Source: Vicinamibacteria bacterium
GTDB taxonomy: Bacteria > Acidobacteriota > Vicinamibacteria > Marinacidobacterales > Marinacidobacteraceae
Length of the DNA stretch: 64,000 nt
Reading direction: 5' to 3'
Assembly (NCBI GenBank): GCA_964291235.2
Contig: OZ219816.1
Span: forward strand, 992,001-1,056,000
Shown here one piece after another: positions 1 through 8,856 of this stretch. Position numbers and translations under genes: made by a program. Numbering within the stretch: the stretch's first letter is position 1; every line of letters begins with the position of its first letter. The notes beneath the pieces were generated by a model. The model made no database searches. It was not told the DNA's origin and worked only from the letters and a program-made list of their open reading frames with translations.

Positions 1-288
1 GCGGAGACGCCCGGTGAAATCGCGCTCAGCATCCTCGCCCAGATCGTGGAGGACCGGCAGCCGACGGGGCGGACCGAGGCCGCTCCGGAGGAACCCGCTC
101 CGCCGCCGATGGTCGGCATTGCGCTCGACGCCCCGGCGGACGACACGGCGGTGGACCCGATCTGCGGAATGACCGTCTCCCGGGACTCCCCGCACCGGCT
201 GGAGTCCGGCGGCGCAACGCACTGGTTTTGTTGCGCTGGCTGCCTGGAGACGTTCGCTACCACCGGGGAGGCCGGCGATCCCGCGTAA
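1..288 (+). CDS. XdhC/CoxI-family maturation protein, C-terminal part with YHS domain (5'-truncated by window edge)
   Basis: Frame 1 from base 1 reads AETPGEIALSILAQIV (XdhC C-terminal motif), then DPICGMTV...HWFCCAGC (YHS domain). Confidence 0.8.
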   Translation, partial: AETPGEIALSILAQIVEDRQPTGRTEAAPEEPAPPPMVGIALDAPADDTAVDPICGMTVSRDSPHRLESGGATHWFCCAGCLETFATTGEAGDPA

Positions 289-335
289 ATCGCCCGCTGA
301 GCAGGTGCCGCGGTCCGGCAGGAGGGCCCAAAACG

Positions 336-1511
336 ATGAAACCTCGCCACACGTTCCTCGCCGTCGTGGTGATCTCCTTGATCGCCGCGGGCGCTCCTAC
401 CCAAACACCAACCCGCGCCCGGGATCTGGGGGTTCCATTCGAGGGCGAGCCGGGCCCGCTCAACGCCATCACCGACGTTTCCGGACTGGAGGTGGGACAC
501 ACCACGATCCTGCGGGAAGAGGGGCCGGTCCGGACCGGGGTCACCGCGGTGCTGCCGCGCGGGCGGATGAGCCGGGTCGGGGTGTTCGCCAACTGGTTCG
601 CCCTGAACGGCAACGGAGAGATGACCGGTACGACCTGGGTCAGCGACCGGGGAATTCTGAAGGGGCCCGTGCTCATTACGAACACCTACAGCGTCGGCGC
701 GGTCCACGAGGCCGCGATTGCCTGGGCCGAACAGAATCTCGGTTTCCGCGCCTGGACGTTGCCGATGGTTGCTGAGACCTGGGACGGATTCCTGAACGAC
801 ATCACCGGCTTCCATGTCCGCCGCCAGCATGTGTTCGCCGCGCTGGAGTCCGCCCGCGGAGGACCGGTCGAGGAGGGGTCGGTGGGAGGTGGCACCGGAA
901 TGCGGACCTTCGAGTTCAAGTCGGGAATCGGCACCGCCTCGCGCCGGGTCGGGACCGGCGGGACGGACTACACGGTGGGCGTCCTGGTTCAGTCCAACTT
1001 CGGCCGGCGTCCGCAGCTCCGCATCGCCGGGGTTCCCGTGGGACGGGAGATCCCCGACCTGCTGCCGGAGAACCCGCCGCTTTCGGGAGCCGGGCCGCCC
1101 GCCCCAAGGGGAGGACGGGACGGATCCATCATCATCATCGCGGCCACGGATGCTCCGCTGCTCCCGCACCAGTTGAAGCGTCTTGCCCGCCGGGCGTCCT
1201 TGGGACTCGGACGCCTCGGGAGCATCTCGATGAACGGCTCCGGAGACATTTTCGCGGCGTTCTCCACTGCCAACGAGGACGCCGTCGCCAACGAGAGCGG
1301 CGAGGCTCGATTGCGGATGTTGGCGAACTCCGATCTGAACCCGCTCTTCGAAGGGGTCGTGCAGGCCACCGAGGAGGCAATCGTGAATTCCATGATCGCG
1401 GCCCGCGACATGACCGGAGTGAACGGCCGCCGGATCTATGCGATCCCGCACGAACGTCTCCAGGAAATCCTCCGCCGCTACGACCGGCTGCTGGCGGTAA
1501 CCCCGGATTGA
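336..1511 (+). CDS. dmpA: P1/DmpA-family L-aminopeptidase/D-esterase with signal peptide
   Basis: RARDLG, NAITDV, GNGEMTG, EGSVGGGTGM motifs and DG|SII autocleavage site; ATG at 336 with hydrophobic leader. Confidence 0.85.
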   Translation: MKPRHTFLAVVVISLIAAGAPTQTPTRARDLGVPFEGEPGPLNAITDVSGLEVGHTTILREEGPVRTGVTAVLPRGRMSRVGVFANWFALNGNGEMTGTTWVSDRGILKGPVLITNTYSVGAVHEAAIAWAEQNLGFRAWTLPMVAETWDGFLNDITGFHVRRQHVFAALESARGGPVEEGSVGGGTGMRTFEFKSGIGTASRRVGTGGTDYTVGVLVQSNFGRRPQLRIAGVPVGREIPDLLPENPPLSGAGPPAPRGGRDGSIIIIAATDAPLLPHQLKRLARRASLGLGRLGSISMNGSGDIFAAFSTANEDAVANESGEARLRMLANSDLNPLFEGVVQATEEAIVNSMIAARDMTGVNGRRIYAIPHERLQEILRRYDRLLAVTPD

Positions 1512-1588
1512 CGGCCCATCCGGATTCGGGCCGGGCGCCATAGGCACACCCAAGCGGGGCGTTCAGAGCAGCGCTAACCTGCCCGAAG

Positions 1589-2777
1589 ATGAGGGCTGTA
1601 CGTCGTTGGCCGGGGTGGAAGTTGCTGGTGGCGGTATCACGATCCCTGTCGCGTGCGGCGCTGATCGCCGCGTGCGGGTTCGCCGGCTGCGGGGACTCGG
1701 GTGGGCCCACGTCGCCCCCGGTGGGAACCGGTCCCGACGGCGCTTGAGATCCGTGGCCTGCCTGAGGCGCCCTTTCCCGTGGGGGCGCGCGCCGACCTGA
1801 CTGCCCGCGCCACATTCAGCGACGGCTCCGCCGGCCTGGCGGACGCCGTCTGGCAGTCCAGCGATCCCATGGTGGCGAGCATTGACCAGCGCGGCAACCT
1901 GCGAGCTCATGCCGAAGGAGAAACGCGCATCACGGCGACGTTCGGCCCCGTCCGGAGCGAAGCGGCCCTGTCGGTGACGCCGCCGACCGTGGCGCTTTAC
2001 GACCTGACCGGCAGGGTGGTCAACCAAAACGGCAAACCGGTGGCGGACGTGCTGATCGTCGCCCTCGACGGGGCTTCCGCGGGTGAGGAGACGCGGACCG
2101 GGTGGGACGGCCGTTTTTTCCTATCGGAACTGCGGGGAGAGACGACTGTCGCGGCCCGGAAGGATGGCTACGCGGAGCAGGAGCAACGATCCACCGGACC
2201 CCCGCAGGAACTTCACTTCACCCTGGACGGTCTGGCGCCCCGCGACTCGTTTGGCGGCGGCCAGTGGCTCGTGGGTGATGAAATCGTCGCCCGCCGCTAT
2301 TTCGGGGATCCCGAGTCGGGATGTGTCTGGCAGCGCCGCTCGGGGTATTCGGACATCGGGGGAGTGGACCGCGCCGCCACGAGCCCGCCGGACCCGGACT
2401 TCATCGCCGAGGGCTTCTTCGGCTTTGACGCTCTCCAGGCGATCGTGGACATCCACGACGACGACGCGATCTTCCGTTCCACCCCCGAATGCGGCGTCTG
2501 GGGATCCGAGCCCTCCATCTCCCGGGTGCAGGAGACGATCGGGCCCGGCAACTGGCTGGTCGGTTTGCAACTCTTGCCCGGGACCTACCGCGCCGAGGCG
2601 GGCGAGCACTGTTACTGGGCGCGGGTGAAGAGCTTCGGGGGAACCTCGGAGGACATCATCGAGGACGATTTCCTCGAGGCGCCCGGCGGGGTCACGGTCA
2701 CGCTCGACGATTCCGATGTCGGCTTCTACACCGACGACGAGTGCGGTCCCTGGACCCGGGTCGAAGCCCCTCCCTGA
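1589..2777 (+). pseudogene. Lipoprotein with Big_2 Ig-like domain, carboxypeptidase-regulatory-like domain and two G-W-VG..I..G.Y..C.W.R repeats; apparent +1 frameshift near 1716-1725
   Basis: ATG 1589 gives a signal peptide with lipobox FAG-C-GDSGGPTSPPV but stops after 52 codons; the mature domains continue in another frame (ORF 1701..2777). Confidence 0.6.
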
Positions 2778-2790
2778 CGCCCACTGGGGT

Positions 2791-2993
2791 TAACAGCCTG
2801 TGGCAAAACCCCCGCGGCCCAGTTCTCCCGGTGGGGGCTCGAGCGGCGATGCATCCCGTCTGAACCGCGCCTCTACGAGGCGCTCATCGTTGCGTTTCGG
2901 TCGAAATACACCTGGTATTCCTCCCTCACGCGCCTTGTCAGCCGGGCGCCTTGCCACTCTCGGTGCTCACGGGGGTTTCACCACAGGCTGCTA
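2791..2993 (+). mobile_element. MITE family A, copy 1 (TA-flanked; carries an 18-bp unit at 2819-2836)
   Basis: TA-ACAGCCTGTGGCAAAACCCC...GGGGGTTTCACCACAGGCTGC-TA terminal inverted repeats; core GTTGCGTTTCGGTCGAAATAAC-like segment (gttgcgtttcggtcgaaatac...gtattcctccctcacgcgcc) shared with other copies. Confidence 0.85.
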
Positions 2994-3003
2994 AAAGCGG
3001 GAA

Positions 3004-5394
3004 TCAGAAACTGAGATCCAGCTCGATCCCGATCGTCCGCGGTTCGCCGGCGCGGCCAAGCGCGCTGAAAATCGGAGCGGTCGGCTGCCACGCCTGGAGG
3101 AGATACGCCTCGTCGAGGAGGTTCCTCCCGAAGGCGAACACCCCGAAGTTGCCTCGCTGGTAGCCGAAGCGGGCGTTCACCAGCGTGCGCCCTCCGACCC
3201 GGAAGCGCGCGTCGTTACCGCTGTTCGAAAAGGCGTCGGCCTGTGCGGCGACCTCGGTGTTCCCTGACCAGTTGTCATCCAGCCGGACGGAAACCCCGGT
3301 CAGCCACGACCATGCCGGCGCGTGCGGGAACTCGTTCCCCGTGAAGTCCCGCTCCCCGTCGCGGAACTCGTCGAACCGGGTGCTGAGCAGGCCGAGCGAA
3401 CCGTAGAGCTGGACGCGCGGGTCGAGCCAGTAGCCGGTCTGCGCCTCCAGCCCGGTGACGGTGGATTCCCCGGCGTTGACGGTGACGGTGTCCACCGGAA
3501 GGCCGAGATCCGTCATCACCCGGACCTGCTGGTCGGTCCAGTCGGTGTAGAAGACATTCCCGTTGAAGAACCAGCGCCGGTCGGGAGCCGCCGCGCGCAG
3601 CGCGAACTCGACGTTGCTCGTGAACTCGGGCTCGAAATCACTGACCCGCTGGCTGAGGACGGCGATCGACTGCCCGCCGGCCCGATAACCCCGCTGCCAG
3701 CCGATCGAGGTGGACAGCGAGTCGGTCCAGTCGCGGGTCAGGGTGGCTTTCGGAAGAAAGGCCCGGTAGGAGGCGTCCAATTCCTGCGGGGGCCCCTCTG
3801 GCGGGAACTGCGGGAGGGGTGGATCGGAGACGACTCCCTGGCGGTTCACGGTCTCGCGGCTCTCGCTGTCGTAGCGGGCGCCGAGGGTGACGGTCCAGGC
3901 GTCGGCCAGGCCGAGGTCGAACTCGCCGAAGACGGCCGCGTTCCGCGTCGCTTCCTCGGTGTTGAAGAACGAGGTCAGGACGAACCCCGGGGGAAGTCCC
4001 GCGAGCTCGCCCGGGCCGGCGGCGTCCGCCTGCAGCGTGTCGGTCAGGTCTGCGAAATAAAGGCCCAGGACTCCACGCCGCCGGCCCGGCCCCTGGTAGC
4101 GCAGGAGGAACTCCTGGGTCATCCACTCGTCGTCGGTCGTGTAGTCGAGGACACCGGCTGCCAGGGGTGTCTGGTCCAGATCCTCCTCCCGGCGGTAGTC
4201 GTGCTGGTAGATGCTGGAGGTGGATTCGAGGGACAGCCGGTGGCTCAGGTCGTAGGCGAGCCCCAGCGTCACGTTGTGGTGCTCCGAACCGTCGGCGGCA
4301 GGGTGGTCCGAGATGTTGACGCGCTCCTCCGGAAAGCGGTCCACGTTGATCGCCCCGTCGCCGCCGCGGCTCTCGGTCGCCTGATAGGTGAGCATCCCCC
4401 GGAACCGGGCCGTCGGATCGAAGCGCAGCTTCATGCGGATCGCGAGGTAGTCGCGAAAGTCATAGGAGTCGTCTCCGCGGGTTGTGTTCTGGACGAACCC
4501 GTCGCTCTTTCGGTTGTCCACCGCGAGCCGGAAGGCGGCCTTGCCGGCCACGATGGGAACGTTCAGGACCGCCGAGCCCTGGGTGGCGCCGAGGTTGCCG
4601 AACCGGCCCCGCACCCGCACGGCAGTCCGGTATTCCGGATCGGTGCTCTTCATGACGATGGCGCCGGCAAGGGCGTTGCGCCCCTGCTGGGTGGACTGCG
4701 GCCCGCGGAAGATCTCCACCCGGTCCATGTCCCAGGTGCTGAACGGTCCGAAGAAAGTGCCCTGGTAGCCCTGCACCGTGGCGCCGTCCAGCTTGACGCT
4801 CAGCAGCAACCCGCCTTCGGGGCCAAAGCCCTGCTGGCTGATACCCCGGATGGAGAAACCGCGGACGTCGGAGGAGGAGTTGACGTTCGGCGTCATGGCG
4901 ACGAGCCGGGAAAGGTCGGTGTCGGTCCCGGAATCGAGTTGCGCTCCGGTAGCGAGCGCCACGCTGGTGGGTTCGTCCTGAAGACTCCTCTCCTGCTGCT
5001 GGCCGGTGACGGTCACCCGTTCCGCGAAGGACATGTCGAGCGGAATGCTGATGCGGACCTCGCCGGCGCTCCCGACCGTGATCTCGACGGTGCGGTCGGC
5101 GAAACCGCGCCCGAGCACGGTCAGACGGTGGAGGCCTTCCGGGAGCGTGTCGAAGCGGAACGATCCCGCCGCGTCGCTGGTGGTCTCCCGAATCTGGCCG
5201 TTCGCGAGGGTGAGGATCACGTTGGCGCCCGGAACCAGGAGTCCCTGCGGATCGGTGACCTCGCCTACGATCTCGGCTGCCGAGAGTGTGGTTCCGATCG
5301 CGGACGCGACCCCTGCTTCGGGGGACGCGGGTAAGAGGAGGCAGGAGAGCGCGGCGGTGGCAGCAAGAACGCGGCGCGGGACGAAGCGGGACAT
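3004..5394 (-). CDS. TonB-dependent receptor with N-terminal carboxypeptidase-regulatory-like domain
   Basis: Signal peptide MSRFVPRR, GEVTDPQG..VPGA domain, plug motif RVEIFRGPQST.QGRNALAGAI, C-terminal Phe. Confidence 0.9.
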   Translation of the reverse strand: MSRFVPRRVLAATAALSCLLLPASPEAGVASAIGTTLSAAEIVGEVTDPQGLLVPGANVILTLANGQIRETTSDAAGSFRFDTLPEGLHRLTVLGRGFADRTVEITVGSAGEVRISIPLDMSFAERVTVTGQQQERSLQDEPTSVALATGAQLDSGTDTDLSRLVAMTPNVNSSSDVRGFSIRGISQQGFGPEGGLLLSVKLDGATVQGYQGTFFGPFSTWDMDRVEIFRGPQSTQQGRNALAGAIVMKSTDPEYRTAVRVRGRFGNLGATQGSAVLNVPIVAGKAAFRLAVDNRKSDGFVQNTTRGDDSYDFRDYLAIRMKLRFDPTARFRGMLTYQATESRGGDGAINVDRFPEERVNISDHPAADGSEHHNVTLGLAYDLSHRLSLESTSSIYQHDYRREEDLDQTPLAAGVLDYTTDDEWMTQEFLLRYQGPGRRRGVLGLYFADLTDTLQADAAGPGELAGLPPGFVLTSFFNTEEATRNAAVFGEFDLGLADAWTVTLGARYDSESRETVNRQGVVSDPPLPQFPPEGPPQELDASYRAFLPKATLTRDWTDSLSTSIGWQRGYRAGGQSIAVLSQRVSDFEPEFTSNVEFALRAAAPDRRWFFNGNVFYTDWTDQQVRVMTDLGLPVDTVTVNAGESTVTGLEAQTGYWLDPRVQLYGSLGLLSTRFDEFRDGERDFTGNEFPHAPAWSWLTGVSVRLDDNWSGNTEVAAQADAFSNSGNDARFRVGGRTLVNARFGYQRGNFGVFAFGRNLLDEAYLLQAWQPTAPIFSALGRAGEPRTIGIELDLSF

Positions 5395-5485
5395 GGCGGG
5401 AACCTCAGCCGGGAAGACTACGCCGAAGGGCGGGTGAAAGATCCGTTCGCGCCGTCCGTACGCGATCCGCCGATCAGGAAAGCCT

Positions 5486-5528
5486 TTGACACATCTCAAT
5501 TGACACATTTCACATGCCACACCATACT
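5486..5528 (+). promoter_or_regulatory. Sigma70-type promoter with direct-repeat operator for the vapBC pair
   Basis: TTGACA (5500-5505), 17 bp, CATACT (5523-5528), then 6 nt to ATG 5535; TTGACACAT repeated at 5486 and 5500. Confidence 0.7.
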
Positions 5529-5534
5529 GGCCGC

Positions 5535-5843
5535 ATGTCCCGCCGCCACAAGGTCCAGGTCACGCTGAACGAGGTCGAATACGCCGCGGTCCGGCGCCGG
5601 GCCGAAGCCGAGGGTCTCAAGCACGCGGCCGTCGTCCGCGAGGCGATTCAGGAGTACTGCGTCAAGCCGGACCGGCGCCGGCGACAACTGGAGGCGCTGG
5701 AAGCGCTTCGCAGCATGCCGCCCGCGCCGGTTCCGGAGTCCTGGTCGGAGTGGAAACGGGAATACAGCCGCTTGAAGACAGCGTTTCGCGTCGCCGAATG
5801 GCCGCGGCGCGACGCCCCCGCGGACACCAAATCGAATGACTGA
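5535..5843 (+). CDS. Putative RHH/CopG-type antitoxin (VapB-like)
   Basis: KVQVTLNEVEY..VRRRAEAEG....VVREAI ribbon-helix-helix pattern; overlaps the start of the PIN gene. Confidence 0.7.
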   Translation: MSRRHKVQVTLNEVEYAAVRRRAEAEGLKHAAVVREAIQEYCVKPDRRRRQLEALEALRSMPPAPVPESWSEWKREYSRLKTAFRVAEWPRRDAPADTKSND

Positions 5844-6303
5844 GTCGCAGCCCCATCCGGGTGAGCGGCCGTTCGAGCCTCCTGGGGTGATCTTCGTCGA
5901 CGCGAACGTCTTCATGTACGCGGCGGGTGCGGATGCCAGGTGGCGGGAGACCTGTGACGCGGTGTTGGAGAGTCTTCAGGAGAGCAAGGTGCGGGTCGTG
6001 ACGAATGCGGAAGTCCTTCAGGAGATCCTCCACCGATACTTCGCCCAACATCGTCCTGGAGAGGCCCAAACTGTCCACCGCGCCGCTCAGGAACTTTGCG
6101 ACGAGATCATCCCGGTAACGGAACATCACACGACCCGCGCGCTCGCGCTGCTTCTCGAATACGAGGGGCTCTCCGCTCGCGACGCTGTTCACATCGCCAC
6201 AATGGAGGCGCGCGAGGTCCGCACCATCGTGTCGGCGGACCAGGGCTTTGATGCAGTGTCTGGCGTGGATCGAATCGACCCCCGGGACTTCGTCCGCGCC
6301 TGA
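5836..6303 (+). CDS. vapC: VapC-family PIN-domain toxin
   Basis: IFVDANVFMY, EVLQEI, LSARDAVHIA, SADQGFD acidic PIN motifs. Confidence 0.9.
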   Translation: MTESQPHPGERPFEPPGVIFVDANVFMYAAGADARWRETCDAVLESLQESKVRVVTNAEVLQEILHRYFAQHRPGEAQTVHRAAQELCDEIIPVTEHHTTRALALLLEYEGLSARDAVHIATMEAREVRTIVSADQGFDAVSGVDRIDPRDFVRA

Positions 6304-6352
6304 TCGGGTCCGGTCGGCGCCTGCCAGCGCCGGCGAGCCGTAGAATCCGGCG

Positions 6353-6793
6353 ATGGACATTGAAGGCACCGAGATCATCAGCGCCCCCCGCGAGAAGGTC
6401 TGGGCCTTCGTCACCGACGCGGAATCGGTGGCCTCCTGCACCCCCGGCGTGAAGTCGGTCCGCATCCTCGAGCCCGGTAAGCGGTTCGAGGTGGTGGGCG
6501 GCGTCAAGCTCGGTACCGTGGGGCTGAACGCGAAGAACGTCATCGAGTTCACCGATCTGGTGGAACTCGAAGAGGCCCGGCTCAAGATCCGGGGCCGGGG
6601 ACCGGGCACCACCATCGATGCCGTCGCCGAACTGCGGCTGCGGGACGAGGAATCCGGTACCGCGCTGGACTGGAAGGGCACGGTGCAGGTGCGGGGCACG
6701 CTGGCTGCGCTTGCCTCCCGGCTGCTGAAACCGGTCACCGAAAAGGTGCTGCGCGAGATGTTCGCCGAGATGCGATCCAAGATCGAGGCCTGA
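6353..6793 (+). CDS. coxG: CoxG/SRPBCC-family protein
   Basis: I.APREKVWAFVTD.E.VASCTPG and G.LA.LASRL motifs; TAGAAT 6 nt upstream of the ATG. Confidence 0.8.
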   Translation: MDIEGTEIISAPREKVWAFVTDAESVASCTPGVKSVRILEPGKRFEVVGGVKLGTVGLNAKNVIEFTDLVELEEARLKIRGRGPGTTIDAVAELRLRDEESGTALDWKGTVQVRGTLAALASRLLKPVTEKVLREMFAEMRSKIEA

Positions 6794-6841
6794 ACGGCCT
6801 GCCGCGTTCCACCCACGGAACCCACCGAGGAAAGGAAATCC

Positions 6842-8032
6842 ATGAGACTTCGACTGAGAACCGTCCCGCTTGCGGGCCTTCTGATCGCCGGGCTGCTCGC
6901 GGCAACGCTCGCGGCCGCGCAGGATCCGTACTTTCCCGAACGCCACGACTGGCAGACGAGGGCTCCCGCCGAAGCGGGGTTCGACCCGACGCTCCTTGAG
7001 GAGGCCGTGGAGTTCGCGGTGGCGTCGGAATCGGGCGCTCCCCGGGACCTCGCTTTGAACCACGAATTGACGTTCGCTCAGGAGCCCTTCGGGAGTCGCG
7101 TCGGCCCCACGACCGTGCGGGGAGCGCTGAGCGGCATCGTCATCAAGGACGGTTACATCGTCCGGGAGTGGGGGCCGTCGAAGAAGGTGGACATGACCTT
7201 CAGCGTCTCGAAGACCTTCCTTTCGACGACCATCGGGCTGCTCTACGACGCCGGCCTCATCGCGTCGGTCGAGGACCGGGTGGGCCCCTACATGCCGGAC
7301 GACGAACTCTTCGGCTCGGAGCACAACCAGTCCATCACCTGGGATCACCTCCTGCGTCAGACCAGCGACTGGCAGGGCACGCTCTTTGGGAAGCCGGACT
7401 GGGCCGACCGGCCGGTGGGAGACCATCCCTTCGAGTATCCCGACCGCCCGATGTACAAGCCGGGAACCCACTACAAGTACAACGACGTCCGGGTGAACCT
7501 GCTCGGCCTTGCGGGGCTCCACGTGGTGCGCGACCCGTTACCGGTCATTCTCCGCAAGGGGATCATGGATCCCATCGGCGCCTCGAACCGCTGGCGCTGG
7601 CACGGCTACGAGAACTCCTGGGTGATGATCGACGGCCGGAACGTCCAGTCCGTGAGCGGCGGCGGCCACTGGGGCGGCGGGATGCACATCAGCGGCCGCG
7701 ACCTCGCCCGTTTCGGCTACCTGTTCCTGCGGATGGGGAACTGGAAGGGCGAGCAGCTCATCTCCGAGGAGTGGATCGGGATGGCCCGCACTCCGGGCGA
7801 GGTTAACCCCAGCTACGGCTACATGAACTGGTTCCTGAACGGCCCGGTCGAGCGGGACGGGGAGATGGTGAAGTCCATCCCCGACGCTCCCGACACCGCG
7901 GTGACCTTCCGTGGGGCCGGGAGCAACATCGTCTACGTGGACTGGGAGAACGACCTGGTGGTCGTGGTCCGCTGGATCCAGGGGGGCGCGGTATCGCCCT
8001 TCATCGGGAAGGTGCTCGCGGCGCTGCGCTGA
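6842..8032 (+). CDS. Exported serine hydrolase, beta-lactamase (AmpC-like) family
   Basis: Signal peptide, SVSK (SxxK) and YND motifs, HLLRQTS, RDLARFG. Confidence 0.85.
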   Translation: MRLRLRTVPLAGLLIAGLLAATLAAAQDPYFPERHDWQTRAPAEAGFDPTLLEEAVEFAVASESGAPRDLALNHELTFAQEPFGSRVGPTTVRGALSGIVIKDGYIVREWGPSKKVDMTFSVSKTFLSTTIGLLYDAGLIASVEDRVGPYMPDDELFGSEHNQSITWDHLLRQTSDWQGTLFGKPDWADRPVGDHPFEYPDRPMYKPGTHYKYNDVRVNLLGLAGLHVVRDPLPVILRKGIMDPIGASNRWRWHGYENSWVMIDGRNVQSVSGGGHWGGGMHISGRDLARFGYLFLRMGNWKGEQLISEEWIGMARTPGEVNPSYGYMNWFLNGPVERDGEMVKSIPDAPDTAVTFRGAGSNIVYVDWENDLVVVVRWIQGGAVSPFIGKVLAALR

Positions 8033-8057
8033 CCGGGCGCCCGGCCCCTTCGGCGCA

Positions 8058-8450
8058 TCAGGCGCCGAGGTCGTAGAGCGGGAAACCCATCCTCTCCGCG
8101 GCGGTCGCCATCCGGCGGTCGTAGCTGGCGAGTGCAACGCGCTCACCGCTCTCCCGAAGATGCACCATCGAGGCGAGGTGCAGGGCGTCGAGCGTGCGGA
8201 GCGGCGAAGCAAAGGGTCTCAAGGCGCGTGCGAGCACCGGAGGAGAGAGTTCCAACAGGTCCGTCCCGCCGATAATGCGCTCTGCCGGACCGCCGTGAGT
8301 CTCGGCCATTCCGCGGGCGTGCAGCCGTACCCACACCTCGTACTCGAGCAGCCGGCTGGAAACCAGCTTCTCCTTCCATAGCGCCGGTGGAGGCCGTCGG
8401 TCCTCCGTCAGGATGTGGGCAAGGACGGCGGAACTGTCGAGATAGGTCAC
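8058..8450 (-). CDS. vapC: PIN-domain toxin (VapC-like)
   Basis: YLDSSAV, LRTLDALHLAS, SYDRRM motifs. Confidence 0.88.
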   Translation of the reverse strand: MTYLDSSAVLAHILTEDRRPPPALWKEKLVSSRLLEYEVWVRLHARGMAETHGGPAERIIGGTDLLELSPPVLARALRPFASPLRTLDALHLASMVHLRESGERVALASYDRRMATAAERMGFPLYDLGA

Positions 8451-8740
8451 CGATCCGCCCGATCTTCGTCCAGCTCCCGGAGGAGTTGCGCCATGGACGT
8501 CACCGGCTTGCCTCTCGGAGGCGGCCCGTTCAGCCGGGATCGGGCAGGAGTGAGATGGCCCCTCCGGACCATCTCGACGAGTCGCGGATTGTCGGCGAGC
8601 GGGTTCCCCGTTTCCCGCGGAGGCCCCATCTCGGCGACGATGCGGTCGCGATTGGTGACCAGTACCGTCTCGCCGGAAGCGGCGAGACGGACGTACTCGC
8701 TCAAGCGGTTGTTCAGCTCCTTGATCCCGACGGCTCTCAT
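8447..8740 (-). CDS. Phd/YefM-family antitoxin
   Basis: MRAVGIKELNNRLSEYVRLAASGETVLVTNRDRIVAE; 4-bp overlap with the PIN gene. Confidence 0.88.
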   Translation of the reverse strand: MRAVGIKELNNRLSEYVRLAASGETVLVTNRDRIVAEMGPPRETGNPLADNPRLVEMVRRGHLTPARSRLNGPPPRGKPVTSMAQLLRELDEDRADR

Positions 8741-8746
8741 GGAGTC

Positions 8747-8767
8747 ATGGTAGCTACGGTAGCCACC
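8747..8767 (-). promoter_or_regulatory. Putative -10 element and operator of the phd-PIN pair
   Basis: On the minus strand TACCAT lies 6 nt before the ATG; tandem GGTAGC(T/C)AC repeats overlap it. Confidence 0.5.
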
Positions 8768-8856
8768 CATCGCAACGGCGACCGCATTGCCGTCGCCGAA
8801 ACCGCGTCGGTGGTCGCCGCTGGGAGAGCCGGGCAACTCTCCGGGTCGGAAACGCC

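Noticed and set aside
3322-5334. 670-aa plus-strand ORF (similarly 48604..50352, 27948..29900, 14193..15923)
   Set aside because: Antisense shadows of well-supported genes, expected with GC-rich codon usage
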